In this document: piece after piece, positions 40,229 to 51,876 of the stretch
How positions within the stretch are numbered: the first letter of the stretch is position 1
Layout of the letters: each line of letters begins with the position of its first letter
Source of the DNA: an uncultured delta proteobacterium
GTDB lineage: Bacteria > Myxococcota > Myxococcia > Myxococcales > Myxococcaceae
DNA: 64,000 nt
Reading direction: 5' to 3'
Assembly: GCA_963776345.1 (NCBI GenBank)
Contig: CAVZMH010000015.1
Location: 32,001 to 96,000, forward strand
Notes under the pieces: model-generated
The model's database searches: none
The model's input: the letters and a program-made list of their open reading frames with translations, nothing else
Told to the model about the DNA's origin: nothing
Translations under genes and position numbers: made by a program

Positions 40229-42352
40229 CTAGCGCGCGGGACGGCAGAGCAGCCGGACGCGGCGCAGCGCCTCGGCGGTGCGCGGACCCGGCCGCGCGTG
40301 CCGCACCAGGTACCCCGCCACGGGCATTCCCCGCTGCGCCAGCAGACCTTCGAGCAGCAGCACGGCCTCACCCGCACGCTCCTCGAAGGGCGCGAGCGAC
40401 GCGGCCTCGGCGATGGCCTCGAGCGCGTCCACCGTCCAGGGGTCGTCCTTGCCGAGGTCCTCCGGGGGCTCGGGGAACATCGCATCGAACCGGGCGGGGT
40501 CGACGGGCGGCGGCCCGGGCTCCTCCCCCGCTGCGACGCGGGCCAGCGCGTCCAGGTGAGGCCGCAGCCGCTCGAGGTCGACCCCTTGCACCCGCTCCGG
40601 TCCGGGCAGCAGCGTGGGCGGCCGGAAGTCGAAGTCGAGGGGCATCCCGGCGAGGCTCGCGTCGTCCAGGTGCAGCCAGCCGGCGTCCCGGCCCGCCGCG
40701 CGCAGCCGGGCCACCCACCCCTTGAGCCACCGGTTCTCCTCGCCGACGCACACCACCCGGAGCGACACCGGGAGGCCCCGGAGAGGCGCCCACGCGGCCT
40801 CGATGCGCTCGACGTCGACCGCGTCCTCGCCATCCGTGACCACCACCAGGAGCGCCGAGGCGAGCGCCGGGTCGCGCCGGGCATCGTGGAGCCAGCGCGC
40901 CGCGCCAGCCAGCGCCGCGCTCAGCTCGGTCATCCCGCTGCAAGGGCCGCCGCCCAGGAGCCGGCCGATCCACGCCCGGGCCGTGTCCGCGGTCTCGATG
41001 CGCTCGAACCGGAGCGTGCGGTCGCCGAAGAAGCACACGTCGAGCGGGTCCAGTGGCACACCCCCCAGCGCCTGCCGCCGGAGCGCGTCCAGCTCGGCGA
41101 GCAGCAGCCCGTCCCGCAGCCGCGCGCGCGGGCCCCGCATCGAGCCCGAGGCGTCGGCGAGGTACACCCGCGCACGGACTCGCCGCGCCGGGCGTGGGGC
41201 CGTGCCTCCCACCAGCCGCCGCACGCGCTGCGCGCCCGAGGCGAGGTCGTGCACCAGCCGCCGGGGGTCCTCCACCACGAAGTCGCGGACCTCGGCGACG
41301 CTCGAGGTGACCGCCAGCTCCAGTCGCCGGTCGGGCGCGATGTGGCGGCTGTCCGCCGACGCGACCCGCTCCCCGGCGAGCGGTGCGTCGTCCCAGGCGA
41401 CCAGCCGCGCCGCCGCGCGGCCGAGGCCGAGGTCGAGGCGAGGACGGTCCTCGGCCCCGGGCTCGAGCAGGAGCTCCACCAGCCGGTCCTCCCCGGCCGC
41501 CTCTGCGGGCTCCGGGGGAGGCGCCACCGGGCCGGACGCCGGGAGCTCGACCCGGAACGCCTCCAGCGCGGCGCGGAGCTCGTGCGCGGCCTCGACGCTC
41601 CCGGCCTCGACCGCCCGGAGGAACTGGATGCGAAGCGCCGCATAGGCCGCGCGGGGGTCCAGGCGCGCGTGGGCCAGCGTCCACGATGCCTGCCCGGCCC
41701 AGCCGCGGACCTCCGCGGGCACCGCGGCGTCCCAGGAGCGATCGCGCGCCGCACGGAGGCGGAGCGCCGTGGCGTCCTCCTCCAGTGCCCCCGCCTCCAG
41801 CAGGGCATGGGCCCGCTGCACGTCGAGCCGCCGCCGCTCGGGGTCGGCGACCTCGGCCAGCCCTCGCTCGAGCAGCAGGCTGGCCAGCACCGTCCGTGGC
41901 CTCTCCCACCGGCGTGGCGCCGGAAGCGACGGAGGCTGCGCCGGCCACTCCGGAGCCACCTCGCCCGGCGTCTCCAGCAGATCCGCGGTGCGCGCCACGC
42001 GCTCGGCCTGGAGGAAGGCCCGCTCGAGCCGGGCTCGCTCCCCCGCGCCCCAGCGTCCATGGGCGGTGCGCCGGCTCCAGCCGAGGCGTGCCTCCAGCGC
42101 GGCGAGCGCGGCGTCGGCGCGCTCGCCGAACCGCCGGGCGAGCTCGGCCTGCGTCCCCTCGTGCCGCGCCAGGCGCAGGAGGAGCCGGAGGTCCGCCGCG
42201 GTGTGCACGCCCGCCCGGGTCAGCCGGGCATCGAGGCGCTCCAGCGGCTCGAGCGACGGCGGCGGGCGCTTTCCGAGGAGAGAACGCCGGGGCCCGTTGG
42301 CCCGGAGCCGCTCGAACCGCGCCCGGAGGCGCTCCAGCCGCTCCGCCCGCAC
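40229..42352 (-). CDS. vWA domain protein (ViaA-like)
   Basis: MIDAS motif VYLADASGSM, GMTELSAAL, VVVTDGED; 707 aa. Confidence 0.8.
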   Translation of the reverse strand: MRAERLERLRARFERLRANGPRRSLLGKRPPPSLEPLERLDARLTRAGVHTAADLRLLLRLARHEGTQAELARRFGERADAALAALEARLGWSRRTAHGRWGAGERARLERAFLQAERVARTADLLETPGEVAPEWPAQPPSLPAPRRWERPRTVLASLLLERGLAEVADPERRRLDVQRAHALLEAGALEEDATALRLRAARDRSWDAAVPAEVRGWAGQASWTLAHARLDPRAAYAALRIQFLRAVEAGSVEAAHELRAALEAFRVELPASGPVAPPPEPAEAAGEDRLVELLLEPGAEDRPRLDLGLGRAAARLVAWDDAPLAGERVASADSRHIAPDRRLELAVTSSVAEVRDFVVEDPRRLVHDLASGAQRVRRLVGGTAPRPARRVRARVYLADASGSMRGPRARLRDGLLLAELDALRRQALGGVPLDPLDVCFFGDRTLRFERIETADTARAWIGRLLGGGPCSGMTELSAALAGAARWLHDARRDPALASALLVVVTDGEDAVDVERIEAAWAPLRGLPVSLRVVCVGEENRWLKGWVARLRAAGRDAGWLHLDDASLAGMPLDFDFRPPTLLPGPERVQGVDLERLRPHLDALARVAAGEEPGPPPVDPARFDAMFPEPPEDLGKDDPWTVDALEAIAEAASLAPFEERAGEAVLLLEGLLAQRGMPVAGYLVRHARPGPRTAEALRRVRLLCRPAR

Positions 42353-42358
42353 CGGCCG

Positions 42359-44662
42359 CTAGCCCCGCGCCGCGAGCAGCGCGCGGCTGAACGTCCCGAA
42401 CCCATCGGCCAGCGCGGCGAGCTCGGCCCGGAGGTCCTGGGCGCGGCGGGACGTCGGCCCGGTGACGGCCGCCTGCAGCTCGGCGTCGAGCTTCGCGAAC
42501 TCGCCCTCCTTGAGCGCCAGCGCCGGGAACCGGCTGGTCACCAGCGAGGCGAGCCGCTGGTCGGTCTCCCGGCCAGCCGCCGGCGCACCGTGGGGGGCGA
42601 GCGCGGCGTGCAGCGCGTCGTACCAGCGCCGGAGGTAGGTGACGCGGGCGGCGAGCTCGTCCAGCGCGTCGGCCCCGCCGGGCTCCTCGCCCAGCCTCCT
42701 CAGCACCCGGGCCGGGTCGCCCTCTGCCCCGTCCAGCCCGGCACGGTAGCGGCGGTACGCCTCGCCGGAGAGCGCCTCCGCCACCTCGATTCCCGGAAGC
42801 GAGCCGGACGCCCTGGGGCGCCCCCGGGCCGCGGCGGCCAGCGCCGCGCGCACCTCATCCGAGAGCAGCTCGGTCGACTCCAGGCGCTCGAGCGCCGGGA
42901 GCAGCGGCTCGTCCGGGCCGAGCGCCGCGACGTGGCCCAGCGCCAGAGCGCGGGCGACCGGCGTGAGGTCCAGCCCCGGGCTCAGCCGGTGGATGCGCTC
43001 GGCTGCGCGGTCCAGCGCCGCCCGGAGCCGGGCGAAGCCCGCCGCGTCCCCGGGCACGGCGCCCGCTCCGGTGAGCAGCAGCTGCAGCGCCTCGACCGCC
43101 GACCTCGCTGCGGCCTCGCGTGTCCCGGTGGCCTCGGCGTCGTCCGGAGAGAGCGAGGCGCTCCAGCGCGCCAGCGGCTCGAGCGTCTGCCCCACGGCGT
43201 CCACGCTGGCCGGCGGCGCCTCCGCGAACGCGCGGGCTTCCTCGATGAACCGGACCCGGGTGGCGGCCCCCGCCTGCCGCACCCGGTCCGCCAGGCGCGC
43301 GCGCTCGGCGGCGAGCTCGGGGGCCTCCAGCAGCGCGGGGAGCTCCGCGGCACGCCGGAGCTGCGCCTCGTCGAGCTCGCCCCGGAGCAGCGGCTCCACC
43401 GTGCGCACCACCTGGCCGGCCAGGCCGAGGAGCGTGGCCCGGTGCTCGCCGCGGATGGGGCGAGCGAGCCGCTCGCGGATCGCGCCGAGCAGCGGCGCCG
43501 CCCGGCCCAGCACGACCGGGGGCGAGCCTCCGGCGCCGAGGCGCTCGGCCTCCGCGGCCAGGGTGGGAAGCTCGAGCGCGCGCGCCTCGTCGTCCGCCGC
43601 CGCGCGGGCCTCGGCGAGCGCCCGCCTCAGCGCCTCGGCGAAGCTCCGCTGCTCGTGGCGCATCGTGGACAGCTGCGCCTGCTCGCGCGGATCGGAGGTC
43701 CGGGCGATCACCGTCTCCAGCTCGGCGCCCTCCGGGCCGGCGGTGGCGAAGAACAGCGACAGGGCACCGAGGTCCTCCGGCGTGGCCCGGAGCGGCCGGT
43801 CCCGGCGGCACGCGTCCCGCACCACCGCCGCCCGGAGCGCCCAGACCGCGCGCACCAGCGTGCGCTGCGAGAACAGCCGAGTCCCGGGCTCGCCCGACGC
43901 ATCGGCCGCCAGCGCGGGCTGGAGCGCGTCGACCAGCCGCTCCAGCGCATCCCGCACCTCGACCGGGACCGCCACCTCGGGCAGCAGCGCCTGGAGCCGG
44001 GCGAGCGAGGACCGCGGAAGCGTCGCCTCCACCGCGGGGGTGCGGGCCCGGAGCGCGCCCTCGAGCAGCGCGCGGCGGCTCTCGGCCCGGGCGAAGGTCG
44101 ACGGGACGAAGGCCCGGAAGGCGATCCGGTCGGCGAAGGCGAGGAGCAGCTCCGGCACCCGGGCCACCACCTCGGACAGGAAGCGGTTGCTGGTCAGGAC
44201 CGCGGTCTCGAGCAGCCCGCGCTCCACCGACGGGCCCTGCTTCAGCTCCCGTTCGTGCAGCGCGTTGAGCACCGCCCGGAGCAGCATGTCCCGCCCGTCG
44301 AAGATCTCGTCCAGGAAGGCGTAGCGGTGGCCGAGCATCCCCTCCTCGAGGATGTGCCGGGTGCGCCCGGTCTCGGTCAGCACCTTGAAATCGACCGGCC
44401 CGAGGAGGTCGGTCTGGACCGCGCCCTCGGTGAGCTGGCGGGTGAAGAGCGAGGCGCGCCCGTCCTCCTCCACGATGCCCCCGAGCACCGCATGGGCCAG
44501 CGCGCTCTTCGCCGTGCCGGGCGGTCCGGTGAGCAGCACGTGCTCACGGGCCAGCAGGGCGAGCGCCAGCTGCTCCAGCACCGCCTCGCGCTCGAGGAAC
44601 GCGCCGCGCTGGGCGTCGAGGAAGGCCTGGAAGGCGCGGGCGTCCGGTGCGAGGTCGCTCAT
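42359..44662 (-). CDS. MoxR/RavA-type AAA+ ATPase with long C-terminal helical extension
   Basis: EHVLLTGPPGTAKS (Walker A), AFLDEIF (Walker B), TSN, AFADR; 767 aa. Confidence 0.88.
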   Translation of the reverse strand: MSDLAPDARAFQAFLDAQRGAFLEREAVLEQLALALLAREHVLLTGPPGTAKSALAHAVLGGIVEEDGRASLFTRQLTEGAVQTDLLGPVDFKVLTETGRTRHILEEGMLGHRYAFLDEIFDGRDMLLRAVLNALHERELKQGPSVERGLLETAVLTSNRFLSEVVARVPELLLAFADRIAFRAFVPSTFARAESRRALLEGALRARTPAVEATLPRSSLARLQALLPEVAVPVEVRDALERLVDALQPALAADASGEPGTRLFSQRTLVRAVWALRAAVVRDACRRDRPLRATPEDLGALSLFFATAGPEGAELETVIARTSDPREQAQLSTMRHEQRSFAEALRRALAEARAAADDEARALELPTLAAEAERLGAGGSPPVVLGRAAPLLGAIRERLARPIRGEHRATLLGLAGQVVRTVEPLLRGELDEAQLRRAAELPALLEAPELAAERARLADRVRQAGAATRVRFIEEARAFAEAPPASVDAVGQTLEPLARWSASLSPDDAEATGTREAAARSAVEALQLLLTGAGAVPGDAAGFARLRAALDRAAERIHRLSPGLDLTPVARALALGHVAALGPDEPLLPALERLESTELLSDEVRAALAAAARGRPRASGSLPGIEVAEALSGEAYRRYRAGLDGAEGDPARVLRRLGEEPGGADALDELAARVTYLRRWYDALHAALAPHGAPAAGRETDQRLASLVTSRFPALALKEGEFAKLDAELQAAVTGPTSRRAQDLRAELAALADGFGTFSRALLAARG

Positions 44663-44742
44663 GTCGCTCGGGGGCGCTGTCCACCTTACCGCCGTCCCGG
44701 GGAGAGGACGCGCCCGGACCGGCCCGATTGCCCGCAATGACA

Positions 44743-44774
44743 ACGGGGCGAGCCCGGCTGTGGGCTCGCCCCGT
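44743..44774 (-). terminator. Stem-loop downstream of dnaK
   Basis: Perfect 13-bp stem ACGGGGCGAGCCC / GGGCTCGCCCCGT with 6-nt loop; weak U tract. Confidence 0.65.
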
Positions 44775-44806
44775 CGGGACCCCGGGAACGGGGGCGTGCT
44801 CCCAGG

Positions 44807-46720
<1,914 letters not shown>

Positions 46721-46979
46721 GTGAAATGCCTCCTCGAAACTGCTTGAAATCCGGGAACTTCTGCGCCGGGACGCACCCGGCCTCACGTTGGCGAAGCTAA
46801 CCAGGGGTGCAGGTGTGTCAAACCGGGCCCCCGGGAGGCGGACCCGTGTCGGGTGCCACCGCCCCGACGCACCCAGCTGACACCTGCCGTTAGCACCTGG
46901 ACCTTCCTGCCGGCGGCTCCGTGGCCGCAACTCGTCGGAATCGTTACAGGCGGGTGACATCTCTCCACCCTCTTCAGAC

Positions 46980-46995
46980 TGGCCGAGGTTTTGAA
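46980..46995 (+). promoter_or_regulatory. Sigma54-like promoter (GG-N10-GA variant)
   Basis: TGGCCGAGGTTTTGAA upstream of AGGAG RBS (47010-47014). Confidence 0.35.
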
Positions 46996-47022
46996 CGCAC
47001 TGCGCCAGCAGGAGTCCCCGAC

Positions 47023-48102
47023 CTGACCGCACCTGTGCTTGCCCAGCTGTCGACCCGAGCCCGCGAGCCCGTCGAGCCGGCCGCGCCGCGCGTGGCCGTG
47101 CTCCTCAACGCGCGCGCCCGGAGGGTCACCCCCCGGGTGCTGCGCGCGCTGTCGCACGTGGTGCCCCGCTCCGACCTCTACCTGTCCCGCTCTCCGAAGG
47201 ATGCGCGGCGCATTGCCCGGACCATCCTCAGCCGCGGGTACGACACCGTCTTCTGCGGAGGCGGCGACGGCACCTTCATCGGCTTCGCCGACGAGATCCT
47301 CTGCGAGGCCGAACGGGCCCACGCCACGGCCCCCCGCTTCGGCGTCCTGAAGCTCGGGACCGGGAACGGGCTCGCGGCCCTGGTTCACGCCTCCCCCCTG
47401 CGCGACGGCGGCGTGGTGGACGACGTCCGGCGAGCGTGCGAGGGCGCCGTCCCCGGCTACCGGCCGCTCGAGCTGCTCAAGGTGGACGGCCGGCGAGCGC
47501 AGTTCGCCGGGCTGGGCGTCGACGCCCGGCTGCTCAACGACTACCTGGACCTGAAGTCGCGGGTGCACGGCACCTGGGGCCACTGGGCGCTCACCGGGGC
47601 GCGGGGCTACGCGCTCACCGTGGGCCTCCGCACCCTGCCCTACGTCTTGACCCACCGCCTCTCGTCCGAGGTGGAGGTCCGCAACGTGGCCGACGTCCCC
47701 GCGTACCGGCTGGACTCGAGCGGGCGCACCGTCGGCGAGGTGGCCCCCGGCGAGGTGCTCTACCGCGGGCCGGCGATGCTGGTCGCCGCGGGCACCATCC
47801 CCTTCTACGGGTATGCGCTCCGGATGTTCCCCTTCGCCGGGCAGCGCAAGGGCTACCTCCAGCTCCGGCTGGGCACGGTCAACCCGCTGGCGGCGGTGGC
47901 CAACGTCCGCTCGCTCTGGCGCGGCGAGTGGTTCCCCCGCACCATCCACGACTTCCACGCCGTGGCGGTGAGCGTGCAGGCCGCTCGGCCGATGCCCCTG
48001 CAGATCGGCGGCGACGCAGCCGGCGAGCGCACCTCGGTCGAGTTCCGGATGTCGAGCAAGCGGCTCGAGCTGGTCGACTGGTCGCAGCCGGCCTGCGCCT
48101 GA
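47023..48102 (+). CDS. Diacylglycerol/lipid kinase family protein (DAGK_cat)
   Basis: VLLNARA, GGGDGT, LGTGNG, GLGVDA, PFYGY, QIGGD. Start CTG 47023 (8 nt after RBS) or GTG 47035. Confidence 0.88.
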   Translation: MTAPVLAQLSTRAREPVEPAAPRVAVLLNARARRVTPRVLRALSHVVPRSDLYLSRSPKDARRIARTILSRGYDTVFCGGGDGTFIGFADEILCEAERAHATAPRFGVLKLGTGNGLAALVHASPLRDGGVVDDVRRACEGAVPGYRPLELLKVDGRRAQFAGLGVDARLLNDYLDLKSRVHGTWGHWALTGARGYALTVGLRTLPYVLTHRLSSEVEVRNVADVPAYRLDSSGRTVGEVAPGEVLYRGPAMLVAAGTIPFYGYALRMFPFAGQRKGYLQLRLGTVNPLAAVANVRSLWRGEWFPRTIHDFHAVAVSVQAARPMPLQIGGDAAGERTSVEFRMSSKRLELVDWSQPACA

Positions 48103-48405
48103 AGCCTGCGGCCGAGGGTGCTCGGAGAGGACGACGGCCGGCGCGGTGCGTGCGCTCGAGCTGACTCCGGACGGCCCGCCTCTGAGTGACGCCGGGAGGC
48201 CCGTGGGCAAGCCGGACCGGGCAGTGCGTGCGCCGGGAGCTCGCTCCAGACGGCCTGCGTGGTCTCGATGCGCTCTGGGATTGCCAGGCTGACGGGTCGC
48301 ACGGGCGGGGCGGAACTGCACCCCGGCGCGCGTTCCACGCCAGGACACCGAGAGGGCCTGGGCGACCCGGCTGCGCGGCCAGAGGGGAAACTGGAAAGGA
48401 AACGT

Positions 48406-48434
48406 ACCTGACTATTTCTCGGAAATAGTCAGGT
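48406..48434. repeat. AT-rich perfect 13-bp inverted repeat
   Basis: ACCTGACTATTTC-TCG-GAAATAGTCAGGT; third CCTGAC half-site at 48441-48446. Confidence 0.85.
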
Positions 48435-48495
48435 GACTTGCCTGACCAGTTCACGGCTCATGGTCGGCGCCCCTCGAGGCACCGCTCGCCTGGTG

Positions 48496-49194
48496 TCAGC
48501 CGCGATCCCGCGACGGCCGCGGCTTCTCGTCCGGCTCGCGCCGCCGGCCAGTCACGAGCGCGAAGCTGATCGCCGCCGCACCGGCCCGGTACAGCGCGGC
48601 CTCCTCGGCCAGCCCGTCCGGCGCCGCGCCGTAGAGCGCCTCCAGCTCGTCCAGCCCCAGGGTCTCGGCGAAGTCCGGCTCGTACCCGGCGCCGGGGAGG
48701 CTGGCCAGGAGCTCCTGCGGCGTGCGGAGCGTCAGCCCCCAGTGCTGCTCCCACTGCTCCACCAGCCCCGGGGGCGGACGCAGCAGCACCTTCACCGGCC
48801 GGACGAAGGCCACCCGTCCCTCGGGCGCCAGGAACTCCCGCGCCGCGCCCGCGACCTCCTCCCCGAGCGCGTCACGGCCGTGAAGCAGGACCAGCGCGAA
48901 CCGGCCGGCGAGCGCCGCCGGAGGCCGGTCGGCCCGGACGGCGTTCACCTCGGCGCGCACGCCCTGGAGCACCCGGTCCAGCGCCGACTCGTCCGGCTCG
49001 ACCAGGGTCACCTTCAGCCCGAGGCGGGACAGCGTGGCCGCGACGCTCCCCTGCGCCACGCCCCACTCCAGCACCTCCGCCCCGGCCGCCAGCTCGAGCC
49101 GGCGGACCAGCCGCACCACGACCGAGGGCCGACAGAACGGGGCCCGCGGGTCGCTCCCCTGGAACTCCTCGTTCGGGCGGTGGCCGCTGCGCAT
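48496..49194 (-). CDS. Class I SAM-dependent methyltransferase-like protein
   Basis: VLEWGVAQG (motif I-like), VTLVE, LAPEGRV. Confidence 0.7.
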   Translation of the reverse strand: MRSGHRPNEEFQGSDPRAPFCRPSVVVRLVRRLELAAGAEVLEWGVAQGSVAATLSRLGLKVTLVEPDESALDRVLQGVRAEVNAVRADRPPAALAGRFALVLLHGRDALGEEVAGAAREFLAPEGRVAFVRPVKVLLRPPPGLVEQWEQHWGLTLRTPQELLASLPGAGYEPDFAETLGLDELEALYGAAPDGLAEEAALYRAGAAAISFALVTGRRREPDEKPRPSRDRG

Positions 49195-49204
49195 GGGTCG
49201 CTGG

Positions 49205-49516
49205 TCAGAGGTAGTACAGGATGCGCCGCTCCTTGTGCAGCTCGGTGTAGACGTGGCGCCGCTGCTCCTCGCTCAGCAGCACCACGGTGACCGAGACCGA
49301 GAGGTAGCGTCCCTCGCGCGAGGGCTGCTCGCTCATCGAGTCGGGGGAGACCTCCTGGCCCATGATGCGGTGGAACAGCGTCCGCACGTACTCGCGAAAC
49401 CCGTGCTCCTGCTTCCCCATCACCTTGAAGGTATAGGCGTTGGGGTACTCGACCAGCGGCCGCTGCTCGGGCGACCGCCGCTCCTCCCCCGCGTCCTGTC
49501 CCTCGTCGGTGTTCAC
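49205..49516 (-). CDS. DUF493/YbeD family protein
   Basis: LVEYP..YTFKVMG, SREGRYLSVSV. Confidence 0.88.
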   Translation of the reverse strand: MNTDEGQDAGEERRSPEQRPLVEYPNAYTFKVMGKQEHGFREYVRTLFHRIMGQEVSPDSMSEQPSREGRYLSVSVTVVLLSEEQRRHVYTELHKERRILYYL

Positions 49517-50831
49517 AGGAGATTTGCCGCCAGCTCCGCGAGCGCGCTCCGCTCGCCCTTGGTCATGGTGATGTGGCCCGCGATGCGCTCCTGCTTGAAG
49601 CGGTTGACCACGTGCACCAGGCCGTTGGTCGTCGCGTCCACGTAGGGGTTGTCGATCTGGAACGGATCGCCGGTGAGGACGATCTTCGTCCCGTCGCCCA
49701 CGCGGGTGATGATGGTCTTCACCTCGTGGGGCGTCAGGTTCTGCGCCTCGTCCACGATGATGAACTGGTTGGGGATGCTCCGCCCGCGGATGTAGGTCAG
49801 CGGCTCGATTTCAAGAATTCCCAGGTCCAGGAGCTCGTGGTAGCCGCGGCCCGCCTTCTTGTCCGCGCGGCTGAGGTTCATCAGGAACTCGACGTTGTCG
49901 AAGATGGGCTGCATCCAGGGGTTGAGCTTCTGCTCCACGTCCCCGGGGAGGTACCCGATGTCGCGGCCGAGGGGGAAGATGGGCCGGCTGACGAGGAGCT
50001 TCTGGTAGTTCCCCTCCTCGGTCGTCTTGTGGAGCCCCGAGGCGATGGCCAGCAGGGTCTTCCCGGTGCCGGCCTTGCCGACGATGGTGATCAGCTTGAT
50101 CTCGTCGTTCAACAAGAGGTCCAACGTGTAGCTCTGCTCCATGTTGCGGGCCCGGATGCCCCAGACGCCCTCCTTGGCCGGCCGGACGAGCGGGACCAGC
50201 TTGCCCTTGGGGCGCTCATCCGCGCCATCGCGGTGTGCGAGGGGTTCTGGGCGTCCTTGAGCAGCACGAACTCGTTGGGCGCGAGCCCCTCCATCCCCGG
50301 GACGCTCACCTCGGCGGACGGCCGGTACATCTGGTCCACCGCCTCGCGGGAGACGAACAGCTCGGTGTGGCCGGTGAAGAGCTCGGAGATCTCCACCCGC
50401 TGCGCGTCGTAGTCCTGGGCGATGAGCCCGATGGCGTCGGCGCGGATCCGGAGCGACGTGTCCTTGGTGATGAACATCGTCGGCATCTCGGAGTCGCGCT
50501 CCTTGATGTCGAGCGCGACCGCGAGGATGCGGTTGTCCATCAGGGCCGGATCGCCCAGGGAGGCGGGGATGGTCCGGTGGGTGAAGACGACGCTCAGCAG
50601 GCCGCCACCAGGGAGCGGCACGCCCTCGGCGAGCGAGCCCTCGGCGCGGAAGGCGTCCAGGTAGCGAGCCACGACGCGGGAGTTGCGTCCCAGCTCGCTC
50701 TGGTCGCGCTTGAACTTGTCGACCTCCTCGATGACGTAGATGGGGATGACGACGTTGTTGTCGTCGAAGCTGAAAAGCGACCGCGGATCGTGCAGCAGGA
50801 CGTTGGTGTCGAGGACGAAGTTCTTTTTCAT
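49513..50831 (-). pseudogene. PIN-PhoH (PhoH2/YlaK-like) protein, split by a 1-nt frameshift
   Basis: PIN motif VLDTNVLLHDP, and PhoH motifs GKAGTGKT, YIRGRS, DEAQN in another frame. Adding one base in the run at 50209-50212 restores ...MSA-x-KGKLVPL..GVWGIRARNMEQ (1319+1 nt). Confidence 0.88.
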
Positions 50832-50940
50832 CGACGGGCCGGGGTGTTCCCTCGGGCGAGACCTCTCTCGTGCGGTGGGCCTGCGGTTCCTCGCTGTCGT
50901 TCGCGCCAGTATAGGCATGGACCCGACGCGCCCGGCCCGC

Positions 50941-51876
50941 TCAAACGTCGCCGCGAGGGGGGCGGAGAAGCTCCTGCGCGCTCTGCGGCACGGGCGGCGG
51001 GGGCATGAGGTCCCAGGGGAACCTCCGCCGGAGGCAGGCCAGGTCGAAGCGGTACACGCGCCCGGCGGCTCTCCGGCGCGCCGCGTGGCGGCGGACGGTG
51101 TTCACCGCCCGGCCGACTTTCGCGTCGAGCGGCGCGACCATCAGATCCGGGGTCCACATCACCCGTTCGCCGCCGGACCGGACGCAGCCGAGGTCCAGCG
51201 CCCAGGAGAGGAGCCAGAGGGGCCGGAGCCGCGGGTCGGCCCGGAGCGCGTCGAAGCGCGCCTGCGCCGCTCCGTCGACGAACCGGAAGTACCGGGCGTA
51301 GGCCCATGCGGCATGGAAGCTGCTCGGGCGGAGCGCCATCCCCTCGGCGCCGACCCGCTTCGCCATGAGGAGGAGCAGCTGGATGACCTCGGCGGACAGG
51401 CGGAGGCCCGGGAACTGCTGGCCGGGCAGCGGCGGATGGTGCCAGTCGAAGGACTTTCCGGGGTTTTGCAGGAGGAGCGACTCCAGGAACAGGAGCGGGA
51501 CGTCGGCCACCCGGCGCCCGAGCCCGAGCTGGTGTCCGCTGACCTGCCGGAGCGAGGCCTCCATCACCGGGGGATCGAAGAGGTCGCTGCGGACCACCAC
51601 CCGCGGGGCGAACGGATCCTGGAGCTCGAGGCTCACCGAGAGCTTGCCGAGCCCCTGCAACGCGAGACGGTCCAGCGTGCCGTAGGCGCGGGCGGCGTGC
51701 TCCAGCCCGCCTCGGCTGTAGGTCTCCCAGGCGAGACGGGTCCGTCCTTCGCGCGACGCGAGCCCGAGCTCGTCCCCGTCGCCGCCCTCCTCCTCCCCCT
51801 CCTGGGTGAGGGCAGCGAGGTTCATCCGGCGATAGATGTGCCACAGGCGCGACTGGACGCGGACGGTCTCGGTCAT
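50941..51876 (-). CDS. Hypothetical protein (LQNP..F...PPLPGQ..PGL motif family)
   Basis: 311 aa, ATGA-coupled to greB; motif recalls the C-terminal domain of long myxobacterial deacetylases (from memory, unverified). Confidence 0.7.
   Translation of the reverse strand: MTETVRVQSRLWHIYRRMNLAALTQEGEEEGGDGDELGLASREGRTRLAWETYSRGGLEHAARAYGTLDRLALQGLGKLSVSLELQDPFAPRVVVRSDLFDPPVMEASLRQVSGHQLGLGRRVADVPLLFLESLLLQNPGKSFDWHHPPLPGQQFPGLRLSAEVIQLLLLMAKRVGAEGMALRPSSFHAAWAYARYFRFVDGAAQARFDALRADPRLRPLWLLSWALDLGCVRSGGERVMWTPDLMVAPLDAKVGRAVNTVRRHAARRRAAGRVYRFDLACLRRRFPWDLMPPPPVPQSAQELLRPPRGDV

Noticed and set aside
39026..44740. 1904-aa plus-strand ORF
   Set aside because: Arg/Pro/Gly-rich antisense shadow of the PspA, vWA and AAA genes; long stop-free frames are expected at this GC content
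46890..46916. CIRCE element upstream of dnaK (TTAGCAC)
   Set aside because: Only a partial left arm; no GAGTGCTAA arm after 9 nt
48186..48428. 80-aa ORF in the gap after the lipid kinase
   Set aside because: No RBS, atypical codon usage, no motif; cannot be supported as a gene
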